NCBI GenBank assembly: GCA_051252135.1
Contig: JBPOGH010000008.1
Span: 64,001 to 128,000, forward strand
DNA from: Verrucomicrobiaceae bacterium
GTDB lineage: Bacteria; Verrucomicrobiota; Verrucomicrobiia; Verrucomicrobiales; Akkermansiaceae
Direction of reading: 5' to 3'
DNA: 64,000 nucleotides
A model generated the notes under the pieces. That model was not told the DNA's origin, did not search any database, and saw only the letters and a program-made list of their open reading frames with translations. The position numbers and the translations under genes were made by a program. Of this stretch, positions 57,932 through 64,000 are shown piece after piece. Numbering within the stretch: position 1 is the stretch's first letter; every line of letters starts with the position of its first letter.

Positions 57932-58069
57932 GACAAGGTCGGATTTTTCCGAGCCCTAACGCCGTAACATTTCCAAAGAACTCGTTCAAGACTTCAATAT
58001 CACGTCACCCCGACTCACTCCTAATTTCAGCTTCCTTCGAACACGCAACCCCTCTATCGTCTCTCCATT

Positions 58070-58618
58070 ATGGCCAAGTCAATCATCGCCGTCCTCGTCG
58101 CCTCCGTCATCGTTTTCATCTGGGGAATGACCTCCTGGGGATTCCTCGGCTGGCATCAACCCGCCGCCTTCGAGAACGAGGCGGAAGTCGCCGCCGTCCT
58201 CAAAAAGAACACCACCGAACACGCCGTCTACGCCTACCCACAATGGTCTAACGATCCCGACTACGATACCGCAGGCAAAGCCACCGAAGGCCCCTTCATC
58301 TACGCCACCGTCGCACCCGACGGCGTCCCCATGGGTGCCGGATCCACCTTCGTCATCGGCTTCCTCATCAACGTCCTGGGTTCCACCATCCTCCTCGTTC
58401 TCATGCAGAACTCCCGCCAGCAATCATTCCCCGGCAGACTCTCCATCGCCCTCCTCGCCGGACTCTTCCTCGGCGTCGTCTCCGGAGCCAACCCCTGGAA
58501 TTGGATCGCTCTCCCCGGCCTGGAAACCGTCGGTCACATCTTCGATGGCATCATTCCCTGGACCCTCGCCGGCGCCGCCATGGCCGCCATCCTCCCAGAA
58601 GAAGCCACCTCGGCCTAA
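58070..58618 (+). CDS. Hypothetical membrane protein
   Basis: Four hydrophobic segments with a soluble loop (GPFIYA). Confidence 0.8.
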   Translation: MAKSIIAVLVASVIVFIWGMTSWGFLGWHQPAAFENEAEVAAVLKKNTTEHAVYAYPQWSNDPDYDTAGKATEGPFIYATVAPDGVPMGAGSTFVIGFLINVLGSTILLVLMQNSRQQSFPGRLSIALLAGLFLGVVSGANPWNWIALPGLETVGHIFDGIIPWTLAGAAMAAILPEEATSA

Positions 58619-58751
58619 TTCTACTTAATTGAACCTCGTTGAACGTCTCACCAACACACCCTCCAACGTTGAAACTACGGAGTTTCCCCCATCCAAAACA
58701 TCCCTTCCATCCTGTTCATCTGCGGTTCTAAATCAATTCAACTCAGGAGAA

Positions 58752-59345
58752 CTAACCCTCGGGCCGCGAGAGCACCTCACGAAAGTTCAGGTCCGCGAGC
58801 CACTCGCGGGCCAGCTCGTTCTCCGGGTCCAACTTCACCACCGTTTCATAACAACGCGTCGCCTCTTCGTACCGTTCCTGCGCCACCAAATATCCCCCCA
58901 GCGCAAACCGCGCCTCAATCACCCCCTCACCGCCAAGCGCGATCGCTTCCCGGATCAAAAACTCCGCCTTCGCCGCCTCCCCCCGCTGAAAGGCCATCGC
59001 CGCCGCATTGATCAAATTCTCATCATCGCTGTCATCCAGTTTGTGCGCCTCCCGATAAAGCGCCTCCGCTCCGGCACTATCCCCCCGCGCCCGCGCCAGA
59101 TGGGCTTGCTGCGTTTTTAAACCCGATAGCGTCTCCTCCTCCCCCAATTCCTCCGCCTGACTAAGCACACTTTCAGCCTCCGCCAGCGCTCCCAACTCGA
59201 TCAAATTCGAAGCATGAAGCACCAACAAGCCGCCGTTCTCAGGCTCCTCCAGCAGCAACGCTTCATACAGAAAGCGCGCAGTCACCAGTTGGTCATTCTC
59301 CTCCGCATCCTGGAGGAGTTCTAAAAGTTCCGTGGGGTCAGGCAT
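58752..59345 (-). CDS. Tetratricopeptide repeat protein
   Basis: TPR consensus, e.g. ARFALGGYLVAQERYEEATRCYETVVKLDPENELA. Confidence 0.88.
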   Translation of the reverse strand: MPDPTELLELLQDAEENDQLVTARFLYEALLLEEPENGGLLVLHASNLIELGALAEAESVLSQAEELGEEETLSGLKTQQAHLARARGDSAGAEALYREAHKLDDSDDENLINAAAMAFQRGEAAKAEFLIREAIALGGEGVIEARFALGGYLVAQERYEEATRCYETVVKLDPENELAREWLADLNFREVLSRPEG

Positions 59346-59390
59346 CAGACCTCACTTTTGCGGGGAACACCCAACAAATCAAACCCCGAC

Positions 59391-60035
59391 TCACCCAATC
59401 CGACGTCGGCGAACCAATGTCCCCATCGCCGCACAGGCCACCAACAGCACACTCCCCGGCTCCGGCACCGACTGCGCGTTATACGCATTCACCGCCTGCC
59501 CCAGCGTGATCGCATTCGCCGGTGAAGTAGACGCAGGATCATAAACAAACGCATCCAGCATCGGCTCCTTCAAATCCGGATGCCCCCCGGGATAGAGCCC
59601 AAACCCCAACCAACCAAAACGACCCTGCGTATCCTGAAAAGCCACCCAGTTCCGCACTCCAAAAACAAACCCGTTCACCGGCACCGTGTCTCCCAGCGGA
59701 GAATACCACGATGCCAAAAAATCTTCATCCACCGGAAAACTCACCGTGTCCGCATCCTGAAAACCCTCCCCCGAATTCTCAAAATTCAATCCTCCCGTCT
59801 CCATATCCCCATAGAAAACCGCCCCCGAACTCCCCGTCGTACTCAGGCCCGCAAACCCATCCAAATCATTGATCAAAAAATCCGCCACCGCATCATTCCC
59901 AATATCAGGACTCGTCCCCGGTGTCGTCGTCAGCAAGCTCAGATCATCCACCAATATCTGCCCCTCCAGACTGCCGGAAAGGGAAAGAGCCCCGAGAGGA
60001 ACAAGGAATATCGAGAAGCCTTTTTTGCCTAACAT
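59391..60035 (-). CDS. PEP-CTERM protein (canonical), paralog of 49248-49883
   Basis: VPEPGSVLLVACAAMGTLVRRRRIG; shares NFENSGEGFQ, WYSPLGDT, GWLGFGL, AFVYDP. Confidence 0.93.
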   Translation of the reverse strand: MLGKKGFSIFLVPLGALSLSGSLEGQILVDDLSLLTTTPGTSPDIGNDAVADFLINDLDGFAGLSTTGSSGAVFYGDMETGGLNFENSGEGFQDADTVSFPVDEDFLASWYSPLGDTVPVNGFVFGVRNWVAFQDTQGRFGWLGFGLYPGGHPDLKEPMLDAFVYDPASTSPANAITLGQAVNAYNAQSVPEPGSVLLVACAAMGTLVRRRRIG

Positions 60036-60104
60036 GATCGGATTGTTAAGCTGTTATGATATTTTGTTTTATTTACAAGTCACGGTGAATTAACCGCCTC
60101 TTAT

Positions 60105-61079
60105 TCACAAAATCAGCATGCAATCCCCGTAGGAATAGAACCGATACCGCTCCGCCACCGCCTCCCGGTACGCCTCCAGCATCAACTCACGCGACGCAAA
60201 TGCCGACACCAACATCAACAAGGTGCTGCACGGCAAATGAAAATTCGTCAGCAGCGCATCCACCGCCTTCAGCTCATACGGCGGATAAATAAAAATATCC
60301 GTCTCCCCCGCCGTCTCCTCAAAGCCCGTCCCGCTCTTCACCAGGTGCTCCAGCACCCGCGTCACCGTCGTCCCCACCGCCGCAATCTTCTCCGCCCCCT
60401 TCATCTTCCCCGCCGCCTCCTCACTCAAAAAATACCGCTCGGAGTGCATCTCATGCTCCCGCGGATCCTCCGCCTTCACCGGCCGAAACGTCCCCACCCC
60501 CACATGCAGCGTCAAAAAGGTATGATTCCGCTTCGCCAACATCTCCGGCGTAAAATGCAGCCCCGCCGTCGGCGCCGCAATCGCCCCCTCCTCCTTCGCA
60601 TACACCGTCTGGTAGCGCTCCCGATCCTCCTTCTCCGGCTCCCTCTCCATATAATGCGGTAAGGCCAGCTGCCCCACCTTCTCCAGATCGGGCGGCACAT
60701 CCCAATGAATCAGTCGCTCCCCCTTCTCGTTTGTTTGTACGACAGTTCCCGTACTCTCACCCACCGCCACCGTGCGCCCCACCTTCATCTTCTTCCCCGG
60801 CCGCACCAGGCACCACCAGTTCGAAGGATCGGGCGCATCCGTCCGCACCAACTCGATCTTCCCGTCGTTCGAAAACACCCGTGCCGGCACCACCCGCGTA
60901 TCATTCAACACCAACAAATGCTCCGGCGGCAATATCTCCGCAAACTCCCGGAACTGATGATGCGCAATCGTCCCCTTCGCCCGATCAATCACCATCATGC
61001 GCGATGACGCCCTGTCCTCCAACGGATGGGACGCAATCAATTCCTCGGGCAGATCGTAATGAAAATCAATTGTTCGCAC
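60105..61079 (-). CDS. queA: S-adenosylmethionine:tRNA ribosyltransferase-isomerase
   Basis: DFHYDLPEELIA, RYQTVYA, AAPTAGLHFT, LHVGVGTF, TNFHLP, YSYGDCM; GTG start at 61079. Confidence 0.97.
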   Translation of the reverse strand: MRTIDFHYDLPEELIASHPLEDRASSRMMVIDRAKGTIAHHQFREFAEILPPEHLLVLNDTRVVPARVFSNDGKIELVRTDAPDPSNWWCLVRPGKKMKVGRTVAVGESTGTVVQTNEKGERLIHWDVPPDLEKVGQLALPHYMEREPEKEDRERYQTVYAKEEGAIAAPTAGLHFTPEMLAKRNHTFLTLHVGVGTFRPVKAEDPREHEMHSERYFLSEEAAGKMKGAEKIAAVGTTVTRVLEHLVKSGTGFEETAGETDIFIYPPYELKAVDALLTNFHLPCSTLLMLVSAFASRELMLEAYREAVAERYRFYSYGDCMLIL

Positions 61080-61167
61080 AGCGGCGCGAGTCTCCACCGG
61101 ACTCACCCCGCTGGCCAATCGTTTTTTAATCGCCCATACATTCAGTTCCCTTAACCTCAAGTTGCCG

Positions 61168-61914
61168 ATGAGCGAGAACCCCTACCTTCCGCCCCAAACA
61201 AACGCCGACCCCTCCAGCGCTCTCCCCCGGCACCCCGGCCAGGGCTCCCCCTACGGCCCCTTCCGCGATACCGGAACTCTTGCCCTCATCATCCTCACCC
61301 TCTTCTCCCTCCTCTTCATCGCCACCCTCGCTTCCGCATACGTCGGCTGGTTCGAACTCAGCGCCCTCGATACCCGGGGCTACGACTACACCTCGATCGA
61401 ATACGAGGTCATGTCCAAATTCCGCGAAGCCCTCAATCCCTTCTCAAAGTCCATCGGATTATTCATCATCATCTTCTGGTGCATCTGGGCCAACCAATCC
61501 TGTAAAAACGCCTGGCTCATCAACAGCCGCGACGGCGCCACCGCCGTCTACCGCGGCCGTGAGTCCTTCACCCCCGGCTGGACCGTCGGCTGGTTCTTCA
61601 TCCCCATCGCCAACCTCTGGAAACCCCTTCAAGCCATGGCCTGGATCCGCGATGCCTCCCAAAAACCCCTCGGCCTCACCATGGGCAAACTCCTCGGCTT
61701 CTGGTGGACCTTCTGGCTGATCTCTCGATTCACCGGTGAAATCGTCGAACGCCTGGGCACCATGGCCGCCACCCCGGTGGACCTCGCAACCTATTTCCGC
61801 ATCTTCATCGTCCTCATCCCCCTCGATCTCATCGCCATCACCTTCGCCTCCCTCGTCGTCTTCCGTCTCACCAGGATTCAAAAAATCCGTGCACGCGAAC
61901 TCAGCCTCATCTAA
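61168..61914 (+). CDS. DUF4328-like membrane protein
   Basis: NPYLPP N-terminus; TPGWTVGWFFIPIANLWKP. Confidence 0.8.
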   Translation: MSENPYLPPQTNADPSSALPRHPGQGSPYGPFRDTGTLALIILTLFSLLFIATLASAYVGWFELSALDTRGYDYTSIEYEVMSKFREALNPFSKSIGLFIIIFWCIWANQSCKNAWLINSRDGATAVYRGRESFTPGWTVGWFFIPIANLWKPLQAMAWIRDASQKPLGLTMGKLLGFWWTFWLISRFTGEIVERLGTMAATPVDLATYFRIFIVLIPLDLIAITFASLVVFRLTRIQKIRARELSLI

Positions 61915-61923
61915 GACCCCGTC

Positions 61924-62235
61924 ATGCAATTCGAAAACGTCACCGCCGTCGCCGCAGGAAATGTCTACTTCGATGGAAAAGTCATCTCCCACACCATCCT
62001 CCTCCCCGATGGCTCCCGCAAAACCCTCGGCGTCATCCTTCCCGGCTCCTACCACTTCGGCACCGAGGCCGCCGAGCGCATGGAAATCGTCGCCGGATCC
62101 TGCTCCTACGTCCTCGATGGCTCCGAAGAATCACACAGCGTCCCCAACGGCTCCTCCTTCGAAGTCCCCGCCAACTCCGGCTTCACCATCACCGCAGCCG
62201 ACGAACCCTGCCACTACGTCTGCTCGTTCCTTTAA
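61924..62235 (+). CDS. ppnP: Pyrimidine/purine nucleoside phosphorylase
   Basis: NVYFDGKVIS, TLGVILPGSYHFGT..ERMEI, FEVPANSGF, YVCSF. Confidence 0.93.
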   Translation: MQFENVTAVAAGNVYFDGKVISHTILLPDGSRKTLGVILPGSYHFGTEAAERMEIVAGSCSYVLDGSEESHSVPNGSSFEVPANSGFTITAADEPCHYVCSFL

Positions 62236-62240
62236 GGGAC

Positions 62241-63167
62241 TCACTCCACAAACCGGTTGGCCTGCGCCAACTCCTGCGTAAACCGCTTCGCTGACTCCTT
62301 CGTCAGATGAAACGTCGTGTCCGCAAAGTCCGCCGACCGCGACGAACAAGCCCCCTGCGGCAAATTCCAAAACCGCAACCCCGCCTCTTCCACCAACTGC
62401 CCGTAAAGCCTCCCCTTCGCCTCCCGGTTCTCCTCCACAATCGCCCCATCCGTATACTCCAGAGGCATCACATAAGAAAAGGCGACCTTCTTCACCCCAC
62501 ACCGGTCACGCCACCTCACCAGCCTCTCCACCGCTCGCTCAACCCCCTCGTCCGTCCAGGTAAAAACCTTCTCTTGCGGCCCCGGCCGGTCATCCATCTC
62601 CGTCGTGATCTGCCCGTCACCCTCCCGATCTCCCGCCTCATAGCGGAACAAGGGCTTCCGCAACGCCACCTTCGCCCCCAGTGACATCAGATGGTTAAAT
62701 CCCGGACGCGATCCCTTCACCACCGTCTCCGGATCACTCACCTCTCCCAAGGCCAACCGCATCTGCGCCCCCGCCTTCGTCTCCTTTCCCACCGCCGCCA
62801 TCAACATCCGCGGACTGCACATCAGCACGATCTCATCCCCCTCCCGCGCCTGCGCCAGAGCCTCCTCCATAAACACCCCCAGCCCCATCTGCCGCGTCCC
62901 CCCCAGATTGTGGGCATACCGTCCCGTCTGAATCGCATACTCCTCCGCATCAATCCCGAACGCACAAGACGAGTCACCCGTAAAAAGAGCATACGCCACA
63001 TCCGGCCGCTCCTCCAGCACCTCCCGCCGCTCCTTGAACGCCCCCACCCAAAACTTCGTCTCCGGCTCAAACTTCGCCGCATAAAGCCACCCCACCCCCA
63101 CCGCAACCAGCAGGGTTAGGAAGTAGATCAGCAACCAGCGCCTAGAAGTTGAAATAGATGAACTCAT
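62241..63167 (-). CDS. SGNH-like periplasmic acyltransferase partner (AlgJ/DltD-like)
   Basis: N-terminal TM, GDSS block, FADTTFHL (D-x-x-x-H variant); overlaps the MBOAT stop. Confidence 0.7.
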   Translation of the reverse strand: MSSSISTSRRWLLIYFLTLLVAVGVGWLYAAKFEPETKFWVGAFKERREVLEERPDVAYALFTGDSSCAFGIDAEEYAIQTGRYAHNLGGTRQMGLGVFMEEALAQAREGDEIVLMCSPRMLMAAVGKETKAGAQMRLALGEVSDPETVVKGSRPGFNHLMSLGAKVALRKPLFRYEAGDREGDGQITTEMDDRPGPQEKVFTWTDEGVERAVERLVRWRDRCGVKKVAFSYVMPLEYTDGAIVEENREAKGRLYGQLVEEAGLRFWNLPQGACSSRSADFADTTFHLTKESAKRFTQELAQANRFVE

Positions 63168-64000
63168 GGTAAGCAGCAGGTTGAAAAAGATAAATCATCA
63201 CAATCATCACCACACACGTAAATCGATGCGTCAGCAGGGAATACGGCTTCTTCAGCGCCAGCCCCTCCATCACCAAAGCCAGCGACCCCAACCCCAAAAT
63301 CGCCGCCGCCGCAATCACCGCACTCTTGTTCGGAAACGCTCCCATCACCGCCTTGAGATTCGCCACCGAATACTCCAGCGGACTCAGCAAGGTCCCCACC
63401 TTCTCAAAAAGCACCGCCGTATCCCGCTCAAAGAAAAACAACCACGTAAAGGTCACCAACCCCATGTGCAACCCCCACGCCACCGGCTTCGGAATGCGGA
63501 ACTTCGACCACGGAGGAAGCAACACCAGCACCCCGTGCAAAAGACCCCACAGCACAAAATTCCACCCCGCCCCGTGCCACACCCCCGACACCGCAAACAC
63601 CAACAGAATCAGCGCCCACCGCCACTGGCTCCGGTTTCCGCCCAGCGGAATATAAAGGTAATCCCGAAACCACTGGCTCAACGACACATGCCACCGCCGC
63701 CAAAAATCCCGAAAGTTCGTCGTCCAATACGGACTCACAAAGTTCAACGTCAGCCGAATCCCCAGACACCGCGCCAACCCAAACGCAATCAGACTGTAGC
63801 CCGCAAAATCATAATAAATCCGGAACGAAAAGAACACGCACTCCAGCCACACCAAAAACGGATTCCCCGCGTCCACCGTCACCGCCGCCCACTCCGCCGC
63901 AATGTTCTCCGCCAGCGTCAGCTTCATAAACAAGCCCAGCACAATCCACCGCACCCCCGACTCAATCCCCTCCCAATCCAACCGAAAACGAAACCCCTCC
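63142..64000 (-). CDS. MBOAT O-acyltransferase (AlgI/DltB-like), C-terminal part
   Basis: YYDFAGYS, FWRRWHVSLSQWFRDYLYIPLGG, SGVWHGA, EFIYFNF. Confidence 0.93.
   Translation of the reverse strand, partial: EGFRFRLDWEGIESGVRWIVLGLFMKLTLAENIAAEWAAVTVDAGNPFLVWLECVFFSFRIYYDFAGYSLIAFGLARCLGIRLTLNFVSPYWTTNFRDFWRRWHVSLSQWFRDYLYIPLGGNRSQWRWALILLVFAVSGVWHGAGWNFVLWGLLHGVLVLLPPWSKFRIPKPVAWGLHMGLVTFTWLFFFERDTAVLFEKVGTLLSPLEYSVANLKAVMGAFPNKSAVIAAAAILGLGSLALVMEGLALKKPYSLLTHRFTCVVMIVMIYLFQPAAYHEFIYFNF

Noticed and set aside
61080..61160. ORF-track N-terminal extension of queA (similarly dsbD, the LysR gene, the C-methyltransferase and the 18323 PEP-CTERM gene)
   Set aside because: Family-typical N-termini or signal peptides start at downstream codons, and the extensions overlap or abut neighbouring genes.

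Overview
GC-rich bacterial window. A Verrucomicrobiota origin is inferred from the multiple PEP-CTERM proteins, the exosortase, and the style of the secreted proteins; this was not verified by search. The left ~16 kb holds housekeeping and scavenging genes: nhaA (partial), a wHTH regulator, dsbD, a sulfatase, phoD, an EEP-PhoD fusion, an MFS transporter behind an apparent leader-peptide attenuator, an OxyR-like LysR regulator, tandem IS5-like MITEs and a PLD-family gene. The centre (~16.8-49.9 kb, all minus strand) is a surface-glycan and protein-sorting locus: canonical and variant PEP-CTERM proteins, two paralogous membrane-anchored TPR-like proteins, an exosortase with an EpsI-like partner, an outer-membrane beta-barrel, wza, wzc, an ABC flippase, C-methyl-sugar genes, 7 glycosyltransferases, 2 acetyltransferases, a Wzy-like protein, a WecA-like fusion and an O-antigen ligase-like gene. 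The right part has two large secreted mosaic proteins, queA, ppnP and an MBOAT/SGNH acylation pair. The best candidate for a new system is an exosortase module with three targets sharing an in-register non-canonical tail (VPE-x4-LP-x6-PW-x3-RRR) and a Q-K-(G/E)-G-G mature N-terminus, arranged as a duplicated target-plus-TPR-partner cassette at the head of the EPS operon. No rRNA, tRNA or CRISPR array was seen. Start codons were adjusted by eye and no database searches were run.
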